Shown piece after piece: positions 1 to 14,015 of a stretch of DNA of 64,000 nt. Both the position numbers and the translations under genes were made by a program. This DNA comes from Octopus sinensis (lineage: Eukaryota). The stretch lies in contig NC_042998.1 in assembly GCF_006345805.1 (NCBI RefSeq), positions 170,004,001-170,068,000 of the forward strand, given 5' to 3'. The notes beneath the pieces were generated by a model that saw only the letters and a program-made list of their open reading frames with translations, ran no database searches and was not told where the DNA came from. Positions within the stretch are counted from its first letter, which is position 1. Each line of letters starts with the position of its first letter.

Positions 1-626
1 AGCATCTGAAGCAGCAAGGAAAATGTTGAGGCTTTAAGCTATATTGTTTGATATCCATTATTTCACTGAAGATTTGTTTCCCAGAAGATTAGGTGAATGT
101 CAGCCAGAGCCTTGTTACATCACACTCAAAGAACTTTCCCATTTCTACATTTGTGACTGTTGATGGTAGAAGTTTGTGCTACATACAAAGAAGTCGCAAT
201 AACAATGGATTTAGCAGAGGATGACAGTGCATATTACCAGACATTCCTTCCTCTTTACTGCAGCCTTGCAGAACCTGAGAAATTATTTACAGCATATGAA
301 AAACAAACTTTCACATGAAATGAATCAATTAAGGAGTAAGTGAAATTACTAGTTCCATATGTCAACATACAAGAGGAAAAAAATCTTGATCTCATGAGAA
401 AAAGAATTCACTTTAAATTATCCTCCACTCTTAATAATACCTAACATGGCTCGTATGAACATCAGAACAGAAAATGGATGGTTAATTCTACAAGAACTTT
501 GAAGTTTCAAAGAGAATTGAACAAATGAATTTTTATTTAATTAAAATGTTTGCTAATTAATTATAGATCAACAGGTAGCTTTCCAAGAAACAGAACAAAC
601 AATTCATGTTAACAATCAAGGTGCCA

Positions 627-817
627 ATTGGTTTCAAATATTGGTACAAGACCAACAGTTTTAGGGGAGGAGAAAATCAATTACATCGACCCCAATGTTC
701 AACTGGTACTTATTTTATCAACCCCAGAAAAATGAAAAGCAAAGTCAACCTTGGTGAAATTTGAACTCAGAACATAAAGAAGGATGACATGTTGCTAAGC
801 GTTTTGCCCAGCATACT
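627..817 (-). mobile_element. tRNA-headed SINE, family A (partial)
   Basis: Matches copies at 4795, 25096, 37850 and 50300 (atcgaccccag..ggtacttattttatc..gcaaagtc..aatttgaactcag). Confidence 0.7.
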
Positions 818-1013
818 GCTTTAAATCAAGGTACTGATTATTAAGTCTTACCAACATCTAATGTTAATCTTATTGATGGAACTAGTAAAACAGTTCAATA
901 TAATATTGTTCAGTGTTTGTAAAGAAGTAAACATTGCAATAACAAGTGCCTTGCCTGCTGTAGCTACCTTCCTACTTTTGATTCTGTATTAATCCTTCCA
1001 TTCAATCTATTTT

Positions 1014-1530
1014 TACTGTAAATCCTTGAGTATAATCCGCATTTTTCCCACCCAAAATTTAAAGGTCTAAATCCCTAGTGTGTACTATATACGACGTTAA
1101 AAATGAAAATCATTTTCTAAGCAATGTCCAAGTCTCTATTTGCTGTCTGGCTATGTTTATTCAGACGCATTTTGTGATGTCAGGCGCGAAAATACCTTAA
1201 GCTAAGCCTGAAAGCAATGAAGTCATAAAGGAATCATCCATAACTTGCAGTAAGCAACATTTATTAAATGTTATTACTGTTATTTCTTTATTTTCTGCAA
1301 ACAAAATGCACAAAAAGCTACACATTTGCATTATGTTATATATATAATAATAATAAAGGACGTCACCATATACATGTTTACAAACCAAGGTGTTATATAG
1401 ACCTCCTTTACTCAAGTTAGAGAAGGGGTGCGTATTATACACAAGGTTTAGGTTTTTCAGAGGTACAGCCCCCTAAAAATCCCCTGTGTATTAAACTCAA
1501 GGGCGGACTATACTCAAGGATTTACGGTTA
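1014..1530. mobile_element. pogo/Tigger-like MITE inserted in the Helitron helicase
   Basis: Terminal inverted repeats TACTGTAAATCCTTGAGTATAATCCGC and GCGGACTATACTCAAGGATTTACGGTTA with TA at both ends; subterminal repeats at ~1428-1520. Confidence 0.75.
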
Positions 1531-2009
1531 TTGTACAATTTGCAGTATCTCAATACAGAGTAAAAAACCTCTTTATATCATTCTAGCTTAATGTCATTAT
1601 ATAGAACGAATTACCTATGTCTCATTGTTTTAAGGTCATTATTTGGGATGAGTTAACTATGTTTAATTACTTCCTTTCGGAAATAACTGGATAGGAAATT
1701 GAGAGATCTTACAAAAAAAAGTGTAGATCCAAAATTTGAATACATCTCTTTTGAAGAAAAAGTTGTAGTCTTTAGTGGGGATTTTAAACAAATATTAGCT
1801 ATAATTAGATATAGCAAAAAATTGCCAACACCAGTTTTATTATGAAGTCTCAGTAAAGCTGATGTTCACAATAAATTTGATTATTCTTAGTATCGAGTTA
1901 TACCACCAGTAATTGCTCAGTTATTCTCAAAAATACTTTATAATATTTCTTTCTATCATAAACACGAGGACCAAAAATTTTGCCGGGGAGGAAGGGGTTA
2001 GTTAATTGC

Positions 2010-2225
2010 ATCAACTCCAGTGCTAATCATTATCATCATTTAGCATCCATTTTCCAAGCTGACATGAGTTAAATGGTTTGACTGGAACTGGTAAGCCAGA
2101 GAGCTGCAGCAGTCTGTTTGACTTAGTTACTACTGCTGCATGCTTTCCTAATGCCAGCCACTCCAGAGAGTGTACCAATGCCTCTATATGTGTTGCCAGC
2201 ATGGGTGCCTTTTTATGTGTCATTA
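2010..2225 (-). mobile_element. Degenerate RTE 3'-tail copy
   Basis: (CAT)n-like tail followed by decayed similarity to 19780-19950 in reverse. Confidence 0.5.
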
Positions 2226-2461
2226 TTTTCTAAAACTTATTGCTTTTTAGCTTAAGTAAAAAAAAAATCCAATAGCAAGTTATTGAAACAGTTTTCAGGA
2301 GATCAAATATAACTGTATAATCATGATAAATGCTTACATCAGAACAACTTTTCTAAATTTACTTCCAAGTATTTAAGCACAATGTATAATGATTGCCACC
2401 ACACAGATTCAAGACTTTCATTTTACTCTATACAACGGGATGTGTAATAGTCCCCATTTAG

Positions 2462-2810
2462 TTCTTTTATCTTTTACTTGTTTCAGTCATTGGACTGCAA
2501 CCATGCTGGGGCACCACCTTGAAGGGTCCAGTTAAACACATCGACCCCAGTACTTTTTTTTTTAAGCCTGGTACTTATACTATCACTTTCTTTTTCCAAA
2601 CTACTAAGTTACTAAGACACAAATAAGCCAATACCAATAGTCAATCAATGGTGCGGGACAAATACAATCACACACACATATGATTAGCTTCTTTCAGTTT
2701 CCATTAACCAAATCCACTCACAAGGCACTGCCTGAGGTTCCATACTGTGGGGGCTGAACCCAGAACCATGAAATTCAGAAGCAAACTTCTTATCACACGG
2801 CTGTGCCTGT
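2462..2810 (-). mobile_element. Modular SINE, family B (tRNA/CORE-like head, central microsatellite, CR1-type tail)
   Basis: Same layout as copies at 27712, 32212, 34440 and 55733; tail cttttacttgtttcagtc..ccatgctggggcacc. Confidence 0.7.
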
Positions 2811-4021
2811 TCAAGAAATTTGAAGTGAAGTCATTAAGGTACAACTTCTAACTCATGATCCTTGTCACAAGAAAATCCTGTTTATTCCAAGAGTCTATCT
2901 TTCTTCTGGAGGTGAAGAATTTCCCTTCACATTAATAAGATAATAGTTCCCTATCAAATAAACAGTGACAGTAACAATCCATAAATCACAAAGGCAGAGA
3001 TTTGAAAAAATTGCACTTTATTTATTTGAATCAGTAAGTATTCTCACACGGTCAACTAGATGTTGCCTTTTTTTTTAGGGTCAAGTTAGTTCAGGTTTGA
3101 ATATATTCATATCACAGGAAGAAAGAACAACAAAAAATGTTATGTACAGTAAGTTTTAAAATAAAACTACTTCACAATGTTATTTCTATCACATGTATGA
3201 AATTAAGATTGTAACATAAGGAACAAACTATATAAACAAAAATTAAGGACAAAGAATGTAAAAAAACATCAAAAATGTAGAATGAAGAACCAACGATATT
3301 ACATATGGTTAAGAACCAATAATATACCTAAAGTAGTAAATCAATATTTTTTTTACCAAAATTGAAGGAAAAGAACCAACACCAACAATGTAAGTAAAAA
3401 AAAGCCTAAAAGCAACCCCAAATGGCCAAGAATATAACCAAAGATTAACATCCAGCAATATAACCAAAGATGAAGATCTAAGGCTACGACAAAACATGAG
3501 GAACTGAGTATATTGCTAAAGATGAATAGCAAACAATATGAAAAAAAAATGAAGAATGTACATAAGATATAGTAAAAAAAATATTCCCACATATGAAAAT
3601 GGAACAAATTTTATGAAAAATGAATATAGCAAATGAAAACACCAAAATAAAATCTCTATAGACAAGGATATTAATCTCAAAAATAAGATCAATATAATAT
3701 TAAATATAGAAGAAAGAAAACAAACAACACAGCTCAAGAATTGAATATAAAAAACAAAGGAAAATATGACTAAAGATTAAAAACAACAAGAGCATAGTCA
3801 ATGAATTGTTACAAATATTTAACAATATTCAGAGAGGATCAATGGCAACAGCAAATTAAGTAGAATTTATTTCAAAGAATGATAAACTATGAAGAACAAC
3901 ATAACTAAAGTGGCAAACCCATGAGTAAAATCTCAGATGAAAAAACCAAGAATATAACCAAAGATTTTTGGGGGCATATGTTTAAACCTACACTTTTGTA
4001 GAGACAAGGAGTCACTGATTA

Positions 4022-4340
4022 GATGGGCAAAAGAGCCCCTTTGGTCATGAATGACCATGGGATTGCACATGGAAAGTTACCCTCCAAGGCACAAGTCCAG
4101 GCAAGGTTGTTTATGGAAGACCAGCAGTAGCCCATGACTACCAGCCTCTCCTCTCCATGCCAGAGGAAAACAAAAGTTGATAGTGTGGCACCAGTGATGT
4201 TACAACCCCTTTCTACAGCTGAGTGAACTGGAAATAGTGTCTTGCCCAAGAACACAACATACAACCCGGTCCAAGAATTGAATTCATTACTTCATGATTG
4301 TGAGCCCAATGCTCTAAACACTGAGCAATGTGCCTTCACT
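4022..4340 (-). mobile_element. tRNA-headed SINE, family C
   Basis: Homologous to 53395-53697 (ctttggtcatgaatgaccat...tctacagctgagtgaactgg...gaactc..ctcatgattgtgagcc..ctcta.cactgagc). Confidence 0.7.
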
Positions 4341-4794
4341 GATTAGATGATGAAACCACATTCACAATGCAATGGTGGGTGTTTGCAGTAACAGATTCTA
4401 CAGCCTAGTGTCAGGTATCAGGGGAAGGAAATAATAGCCCCTACATGACCTCTCCTATGAGTAGATTATAGGGTTGCATGTCTATAGAGTGAAACTGTTT
4501 ACCACATCTATAAAATTAAGGATATAACCAATATTAAAAATAATTTTTCACAGGAGGGATTTAGTCAAATATATCATCCCAAGTACTTGACTACCACTTT
4601 TTATTTCATTTTATTAATGTCAGTAGGATGGAATATAAAGTTGAACTTAATGGGATTAATAGGCTAGAAATTTGGAGAAGGGATATAGTCAAATCACTCC
4701 CAGTACTTGATTAGCACTTTATCAACCTTAGGATGAAATGAAAAGTTAATCTTAATGGAATTTGAAAGCAGAACACAAAGAGCTTGAACAAATA

Positions 4795-4990
4795 TTGGTT
4801 TCAAACTTTAGCACAGGGTCAGCAAGTTCGGGGAGGGGCTAAGTCAATTACATTGACCTCAGTGTTCAACTGGTACTTATTTTGTTGATCCCAAAAGGAT
4901 GCAAAGCAAAATCAACCATGGTGGCATTTGAACTAAGAACTTACAAAGATGGACGAAAAACAAACAAATATTGCAAAACATTTTGTTTAA
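4795..4990 (-). mobile_element. SINE, family A
   Basis: Shared core cagtgttcaactggtacttatttt..gcaaa..atttgaact. Confidence 0.65.
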
Positions 4991-5369
4991 TGTAACATTT
5001 GTGCTTATCCTGAACCAAACATTAATAATGGAAAACATACAACAGAAATGTAATCATACATATAAAAAATGAAATATTATGAGCACTATCAAATTCAAAA
5101 TATCAGGAAAAATATATGTAAAAAGAACGTAACAAAAAGATGAAAAACAATGACCAAAAAAAAATGAAGAACCAATACATTTTCCAACAAAAATAACACA
5201 CTGTAATATATCTGAAGGTGAAGAAATTACACATGACCAGCAATTACAAACTGAATATATCCTATGAAGATACAAGCATAATCCTGTGGTATGGAATTGT
5301 GTACACACACACACTATGTTTCCAGAATTTCAGTTTTGCTGAGGTGGATAGGCCTCATCAAGAACTGCA

Positions 5370-5660
5370 TATCATCATCTTTTGTCAAATCCATTACAAG
5401 GTTCAAGGTCTTGAGATCAATCTTCACCACTTTGTCCCATATCTTCCTGAGCCTATTTCTTCTGCAAGCTTCATTCATATTAAGTCATCAGCACTTTTTT
5501 ATACAGCTGTGCTCATGTCCATACCAGTGGTTTTCTCTCTTGCAGACTACATTTGATTCCTTGTATGTCCAGTTTTTCACTCAATGCATTTGTACTTTGT
5601 CATTCATGTACACTTACATTGCACATCCAATGGGGCATGCTAGCTTCATTTCTTTTCAGT
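5370..5660 (-). mobile_element. Old RTE LINE 3' ORF fragment
   Basis: The minus strand resembles EASML.WMCNVSV..EKLD....QER..WYGH..G.RKIWD.VVK of the 16-19 kb element. Confidence 0.65.
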
Positions 5661-8600
5661 CATCTCTGAAAGGTATATATTTTTATATATTTTATATTTT
5701 ATCTAGTTTCAGCTCACGAGCTGTGGCCATGCTGGGGCACCGCCATTAAAACACACCACCAGGAATTGAACTCATGACCTTACGATCGCGAGCCGAATCA
5801 CTAAGCCACGCGTCTATTCCTTTCAGAATACACACACACACAAATATACACATACATGCACACACATACACATAGACACTACATACATACATACAGACAG
5901 ACAGATAAATACAGGGAGAGAAAGAGGGAGATAATGGTAACATCAATGAAAACAACTATATATGTATGTTTTTGCATGAGACAGACTGGCAGGTCCTGGC
6001 CTTATATATATATAATTGAATAAATTTAACAGCTATTGAAGCATAGAAAAATATTTTCTGTTTACTACAAAGTAAACCAACAGCATACCTAACTTAATGT
6101 AATTACTGTAACAACCCATTCCAACACATGTTAGCTTGGAAATGCAGTCATAAAATGATGATGAATGTAATATAATATAATAGATAATATAGCTTTTCAA
6201 ATCTGCTTCCAATTCCTTCAGTAAGTTTCAAAGCTACACTGGATATATTTATAATTGGTGTGGAAACTGGTATCTGAACACCTGGAATCTACAAAATTGT
6301 GAGCAATAATAATTTAACTAAAAGAGCTTAAAATTTGTACCATAATTATAAGTCATGAAGGATATAAAATCTTCAGATGAAATATTGATAATAGCAGCTG
6401 CAAGGTAATGAGAAATATATTTTCTTTTAGGGGTCTGCCCTCTTTTCTGTATATCTATCATCTGATAAATATTGCTCCAGCTTTCTCAAGTGGTACATAG
6501 TAAATCCCTCAGATAAATCTATTAGGATTATCAGAGATTGCATATGTGTGTTACCAGGCATTTCATGAATTAACTATCCATCTGATGTCTAGATAGCCAG
6601 TTTCAGTTAGTTTTATAAAGCATTATAATATGGTATCAAATATCCAGTTAAATTTCAGTGTCATATAAAAATTCCTCTATTGCTATGTGTTAGAAATAGT
6701 ACTGGAACAGTTCTACTTATACTAAATAAAGAGAATTTTTTCTATATTATTTTACTGGTTGCAAAATTATTTCTCAAGCAAAACAGCACATTCAGTGTTG
6801 CAAATTACAAGCCTAATAAATACATATTTTTGATTTTTAAAAAAAATGTTATATTAGGCATTCTTATAAACTACAGCATCTTTAGTTATAGGGTTTCAAC
6901 GAGCTAATAAGTCACTGGTTGACTGTTTCCCAAATAACAAGAGTTGGTGTGTGTGAGAGTGAGTGAATGAGTGTGACTCTGGCAAGGTATTTTGTTTGAT
7001 GTGTATGTTTATTAGAAATTTTCTTAACGATACACATGCATACACAATGGGATAGGATTCTGCATCATTTCAAGCTACTAAATTCCACTTTTGAAGCTTT
7101 GATCAACCTGAGTCTATAATCGAAGACTATTGTTCAATGTGATGTGCAACAAAAAGATCAAAACTGGAGTTAGTTGCACAACTATAAAACAAGCATTTTA
7201 CTATCACAGCTATGCCTGCCTGCACTCATAGGAAAATGATATCTCAGTTACTTCCTCTCATCATTCTCCACAGCTACTCTAGCTCTACATAAACCACATA
7301 GAAACATGGGGGGGAAAAAAGACTAAAAGTAAGACCTACAAAACACACTCTTTATTGCGTTAGCAGCAACACTGAAAAAGAAATATAACCAACTATCACT
7401 CAGCATAAACATACAAGCTAATAAGGAGATCTCTATATGGAAACTGTAGCCCCTCAAATCCCTATCTATCAGAATAACAAACCAAGCACACATTGGATAA
7501 TGCACTACTTAACTGATTGCTTGACCGGAAAAATAAATGAGATGGCCGTAACTGAAATACAGAGGTTAAACAACAACATAAATCTATCACACCTAAGACT
7601 AAAAAACTTAGAATTACCTGTGGTATCTCTACAATATATACAAGAATTACTAATGGCATCTCTATAGTATCTACAGTATATTTGAAAAAAATTACTTATG
7701 CCATCTAACATATCTACAAAAGTCCTAGTAGGGAAAGTGAAAATATATGGATAGCATATTTGACCAACATAAAGAAATAATAATACAAGATCATGGAAGT
7801 TCTCAATCACAGAACAAATCATAAACACATTTTCCATCTATAAGAGAGATTTTGCTTAAAATGTTTTAATATATCTCAAGTTATGTCATGCTGACAATAT
7901 CTAAAAAGAAAGAAATTTCTTACCACCAACTAGAAACTATAATAACTTCATAATAAGTATCAAAATAAATAAATGAATGTGTATTCTCAGTATCTTTTTC
8001 CTTATTTCTTAATTTCAAATTCAAACTCCTAATCCCAACAAATATCATGAAAAAATTGTCTACTGGAGGACACCACTTGTTTGATAAATTCGTATACTTT
8101 ACATTATACATGTAAACAATGAAATATATAAAAAAAAGTACTTAAAATAACAAACTACATGAGTATGCAAAGAGCAGTTTGTTATTGTAGTGTTCTTTAT
8201 CACCTCAAATACAGGTACAACAAAATAGTAAGAGTGCTATCATTCTCACTCACTCCAAACGAACATGAAAAACAAATACTCATAAAAATAACAGCAGCAT
8301 TAGTGACCTCATTAGTATAAAAAGCTGTCTGGGATGCACACTAACACACACGCACACACAAGTATGTATGTAAAAAAACTGTAATTGTCTTGCTCTAGAC
8401 AAGTCCACTTAATTTGCCTTTATTGTGACTGCCAAAAGAGCTTACAGGCATGCTAGAATAAACTGCAAAATAGAGAAAATACAACATGCTTAGCTTGCTT
8501 TTGATAAATCACTGCATGTCATGGTGGGATATTGTCTTCAACTAGGCAAAGGAATGGTATTTCTGGAGCTTTGAAGTCTGTGAATTACATCCAGTCATTC

Positions 8601-11600
8601 AAATGTGTGTTATAAATTTGTTTGATCACTGCTGTTTCATAACCAAAACAACAACTGGGAAAGAGATAACATCAAATATGAAAAATGTCTAGAGTTTGTT
8701 GAATCAAAGAAACCTATCCCATATTTTGCAAGCTAACCATCTAATATCTTGCTAGACATGCAATATTTTTAAATGCTTATAAAAATGCTGCTTCAGACAA
8801 AAGTATTCAAATTCTATTTAAAATTGTGTTAACAAAACAAATGCATGACTCCTAATTTACATTTTACAGACTAAAAGAAAAAGAAGGAAAATTTTCATAA
8901 TTTTAACAAGATCCTTGACTACAGAAAAAGCTACAAATTTACAAAACATTAGTTACGCAAAATGGACCAATGATTGGTAATCAGAAGTTGTTTCCTTTTT
9001 CTTTTTCAGTGACAAGCATTCATTAAGCCCACCCAGCCAACCCAAGGACAAATGTCTTTAGCTGATACTGTTTAACCAAAGACAATGGAGAAAACATGCA
9101 ACAGCAAAATGACCCACTGTTTACATCCAAAAATCTAGTAGATATTTCTGAACAAGTATTAATTTTCAAAATAATATATAAATCTAATCTGTTTCATTTC
9201 AGAATTCTAGCTCAAGGCTGAATGAATAAAAGCTTTAGCTGAGAAAGAAAAAATATGTGATTGTAATAAGATTCAAGAGTTCTCTAATGCCTGGCAATTT
9301 GTTGTCTGAACAGTTTATAACAAAGAATCCTGTATTATAGAAAAAAAAAATTCAGACATCAAGAAAGAATTATGGAATTCCATTTGAAGGTTTAATATCT
9401 TACATTACTTTTTCAATATTATTTCCACTGAAGATTGTCTACTAAGACTAAGTTTCATAAACTCTCTAACAAGATGAATCAATGTAATTCTAAAATTAAC
9501 TTTTAAAATTCAAAAATTATGGCAAACCAGCAATTAAAAAGAATATAAACTTCAGGAAATAAAAAAATAATATACTAAGCAATCTTACAGCCTTTACCCA
9601 ACAACTAGTTCTGATACAATCAGGAATCTGTGTCACTACCATGAATTTAAATTTAGCTAAAGAATCACTTCGTTTATAAGAGATGCTTAAGCCATTAAAT
9701 TTAGTTACAAGAAAAAGAAGTTGCCCAGAGTTAATTTCATATGGTTACTACTACTACTACTACTACTCTTAATAATGATGTAAGGAAAAAAAGTTGATAT
9801 GGAATGTGTTCAGAAATGAAAATTCCGAAAGTTTACAGTTAAACTTGATAAATGAAACATTCAATTTACAGTTCATTAATAGTGGCTTAAATAACCTGTT
9901 TCATTAATAATGTGACAGTTTAAAATTCATAAATTCAAGAACTGAATATATATGCATATATATATATATATATATATTGCTATTTTTAGACAACTTATAA
10001 GTTATTAAAAGCAACAAAAAAAGAAAGAAAGAAAATGTTTTGATAAACTATTCCCTTAAAAAACATTATTTAAATTTAACTATGAGTAGTTATGCTTAAA
10101 GTAAAGTTAGAAGCCATATCTATCAACACATTATATCATTAGGGAGCAACAGAAGACTATCATAATAGTAATCTAACAAGAACATTGTAATGTGTTGCAA
10201 CAAAATACTGTTTTAAGTACATTTTCATGGCACATATTTATTAAAAGTTCAACAGTGGAATAAGTTTACTGTGAGAAAGAAGAGATATCTGACATTTTGG
10301 GTAAGGCCCTTCATTGAAAAAGTACCTATGTGAAATATGGGCCAGTGATTTTAATAATTTTTGAGGAAGATAAATTAGTACAGTGCCCGCATAGGCTAAA
10401 GACTTCTGTTTAAAATGGAGATAAGCTATATCCAACTGTAAGCCAATTGTAACTTTTCAAATTAAAGTTTAAGAGCTATAAAACAAATTGCAGCTATTTT
10501 ATAGCTATAAGGAAAAGTTAGAGGAAAATTTTAGAGCTTTAAAAAAAAGAGTTAATGGAACCAAAAACGAAGTCTGAATTATTTTTTGGTTTCACAAACA
10601 TATACATCATTGTTTTAATATCCAATTTGTCATGCTACATTGGATGGTCTTTCTGTTGCCAGCCCTCACAAGTTTCCAAGCAAAGTAACATTTTGTCATG
10701 CCTAGACATGCATTTCTTGGAAGATTGGAAACAATAACATTGCTGGTATGATGGCAACATTCATTTACAACCATCACATGATGCTAAGACAAAGAAATGA
10801 TAACACACATGGACTTCTTTCACCTTCTGCCTACCAAATTCACTTACAATGCTTTGCTAAACCTAGGTTTACAATAGGAGACACTCACCTAAGTTGCTGC
10901 ACAGTAGGACTGAACCTGAAACCACAGGGTTGGGAAGTAAGCTTCTTAGCCACACAACCATGCCTGCACACACGCATACATATAAACAGTACCAAGAAAA
11001 TCATATACTAGAGCCATTAGAATGTCAGATAAAATGTTTTATGTGTGTTCCAGTTCTTTGTGCTCTATTTTGTTGTGGTCATTCTTGCCTTCCAAGCTTT
11101 CAGGATCACTAGAGTGATAGCCAAGTATTAGTGTAGTCCTATTTCCTTCAAACTGTTACGTTCTGAGAGGATCTCAATGTCTGCTCAGAACTACATAGCT
11201 ACCTAAAACAATCAGTGAAAGGACAGAACAAGGTACCAAGTCATCATCAATTCTGTGTAGTATAACAGTATCTAAGGTGTATCACAAGGATTAGAACTTT
11301 GATGTAAAGACAAATTTTCAGTTCTGATCAGTTGTTGCACCACTACAAAACTCAAATGAAACCCACACTGAAGTACAACTAACTCATATATAAGGGACAA
11401 AGCTGCTCATAGACATCCTCGCTGGCAAAGAATCACTCACCAACACATATTTGCTAGGTCACATGTGCAATTTTCTCCTTGGCCTCTTCTACTACTATAC
11501 CTATCTTTTTCTTCCATTCCATCATTATCTCTCCTCTCAGACCTTGCAAGAAGCATTTTGCCTTGGTCTTCTCCTCAGGACTACAATCATTGGAATTATG

Positions 11601-13129
11601 CATTCACATATTTTCTACAAACATTGACTACCAAAGTTTAATTTCAATACCAGCCACATTAATCTCACTAGGCTAAAAGTGCCTGTCAAAATCCTGGGCT
11701 TTACCTTTCCTCTGATTAAGTTATGAACAAATTTATGTTAGTTGTCCTCAATGCAAGAGAAAAGCAAATGTTTAAAAGCAAATCACACAAGGTTTTATGT
11801 GACAGATTTAAATGACTTGCTGTAGTTTTTAATGATTTAGCTACATCCAAACATAAAATCATCAAATATTTGAAAATAAAATATAAATAAATGGCGGTGC
11901 ATCAGCATGGCAACAGCTCTGAGCTGAAACTAGAGAAAAAAAGTCTATAGTCTTGCTAACAATAACAGAATAAAAGTGCTGTATAATATTTATTAAATTT
12001 TGTCTATTTTCATAAATCTTCATCCTCTTATTAAGAGATTAGGTCAAGTTAAGCTTAATACCGGGTAAGACTAAAAAGATAACTTGTAAGATGAATTTGA
12101 ATTAGGTAAGTTGTAAACAAATTATGAACAGTCGAATGAGAATCTCAAAACAAAAACAAAAAAACTAATATATAAATAAAAAGGACTTTTCTGCCAGGGT
12201 TTTCGTTCTCATTTAAAACAGAATTTACTCTAATCTAAACATTTTGTTTATCATTTATATCAAATAGAAAGAAAAACAAACTCCCTTTCTCTCTAACTTT
12301 CTTGACCTAAATACATCTATAAAATAAAAACAAAAAAAAAAACTGAATGGGAAATGTGTCATAGCCTCAACACTGAACCCAAACAATTTGAGTATAATCT
12401 CCAATTTAATCTTTAATAAGAGAAAATTCATTGTGTTCAACATATAAACCTTTGTCATTAATAGGATAAAAAGTATAGAGTACATCATCCCAAGATCCCT
12501 GCAGGGTATTCATGAACAATGGAAAATATGTAAGAGTGTAGATAATTTCACATAAGATTGCTATGTTCCTGAATGTCTTGTTTGCTATAAAATATTCAAG
12601 TGAAAAAAGTCTTTTTTAATGAAATTTTGCACTGTGTTCTTTAAACTTGTCTTCTCCAAGTGGTTGCAACTGAGATACGTTTCACCATGCCACACCAGGA
12701 ACCTCCTCCCCCATTAGCTTTTGTATAGATTAAAAGGAAACTATATATCAAATTTCTTTTACTACTTAAAAAATATCAGCCATTTAGAACAAAACAAAAA
12801 AATTTGCAATCTATACTTACGAAAACGGCTTTATGAATTCTTTAAATTGTAGTTTTATTTACGAAATGGAGTGTGTGTTTGTGTGTGCGCACACAGCAAT
12901 GACTGTAGTTAACAAGTTTGCTCTATAACCATATAGCACCTTCAGTGTATTCTTGTAGCCTTTGTCTTGATGTCTTGTTAGTGAAGTTGACAAAGAAACC
13001 ATACAGAAGTTATTCTATATAAATATATACATGTATATATATACTACTAATATAGGATAAAATTTTTTTTTCAGAAAAAATTTCATCAAAAGTGGCAGCA
13101 TATTAAAATACCTTTAAAGGTTAAAATTA

Positions 13130-13353
13130 TAAACAACTTATAAACAAGGGCAAAAGAACAATTATTTCTTTGCCAATATGTTGTAAACAGACTTTAAATC
13201 ATCAATTTCCACATTTCATTTAACAGTCACTATAAATACACGTGTATTTATAGTGAATGTATAATAAAATGTAGAAATTGACAATTTAAAGTCTGTTCTC
13301 GGTATATTGGCAAAGAAATAATTATTCTTTTGCCCTTGTTTATAAGTTGTTTA
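13130..13353. mobile_element. 224-bp palindromic (fold-back) MITE-like element, TA-flanked
   Basis: The ends are reverse complements (TAAACAACTTATAAACAAGGGCAAAAGAA / TTCTTTTGCCCTTGTTTATAAGTTGTTTA). The centre is a perfect 30-bp palindrome at 13227-13256 with no loop. Confidence 0.85.
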
Positions 13354-13792
13354 CATGTATATATATATATACATATATATATAATGTATGTGTGTGTATA
13401 TGTACATGCATGTATGTGCCTGAGTGTTTATTCCTGTATACTTTTGCATTGATACCATTTCAGTGATGCTGATGTTATGTTTATATCTGTAGACAATACA
13501 TCCTGTAGGTTGGCGGCTTTAATGTGAAAAACAATATAAGATATGCCTTACTCGAAGAACAGGTCAGCATCAAGAAGGGAATCTGACCATGGAATAATGT
13601 CAATAAATTGAGTTCAATACATACAATTGTGTGTGTGTCTGTAGAAACCAGAGTTGAAAGAATGATGATGACAATGAGGATGAAGGATTGGGAAAAGCTA
13701 CAGACATTAAGGTTCATAATTTACATGGATAGATACATAATGGATGGGTGGCAATGCTAAACTTCTTCATGGTTGGTAGAGAGTGTAAACAG

Positions 13793-14015
13793 TTAACCTT
13801 TTAGTATTTAAACCAGCCATATCCAGCCAAAATATTCTACCCGTTTTATGTTCAAACTGACCAGATCTGGCCTCTCACACCTAAGGTCATTCTAAAAAGT
13901 AAACATTCACATCATTGAAATCTTGAAGCTACAAGATAATGTATGATTAATTCCAAAACAATGTGAATAAATAAGTATTAGATTTGATAGAGTAAGCTGA
14001 ATGCCAAAGGGTTAA
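13793..14015 (+). mobile_element. piggyBac-like MITE (family P1)
   Basis: TTAA at both ends, TIR like CCCTTTAGCATT; homologous to 33391, 50567, 53824 and 56595. Confidence 0.8.

Larger units (their letters stand above)
1..3160 (+). mobile_element. Degenerate Helitron RepHel fossil (late Rep region plus PIF1-like helicase), interrupted by younger insertions
   Basis: Hand translation gives ordered Helitron motifs despite stops and frameshifts: ASEAA (1-20), TVDG..ATYKE..DLAEDD (~155-230), IDQQVAF (~560-585), IDGTSKT (~870-895, Walker A-like), VIIWDELTM (from 1635), LDRKLRDL, KVVVFSGDFKQIL (~1760-1800), GMCNS (~2437-2452), FIPR...FPFTL...TIHKSQ...HGQLDVA (2881-3070), TKNVMY (~3130). It begins before the window. 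Confidence 0.85.

Noticed and set aside
7400-7860. Possible Penelope GIY-YIG remnant
   Set aside because: No catalytic motif could be read convincingly.
10241-10435. 64-aa minus-strand ORF with a plausible composition
   Set aside because: No recognisable domain and weak splice signals.
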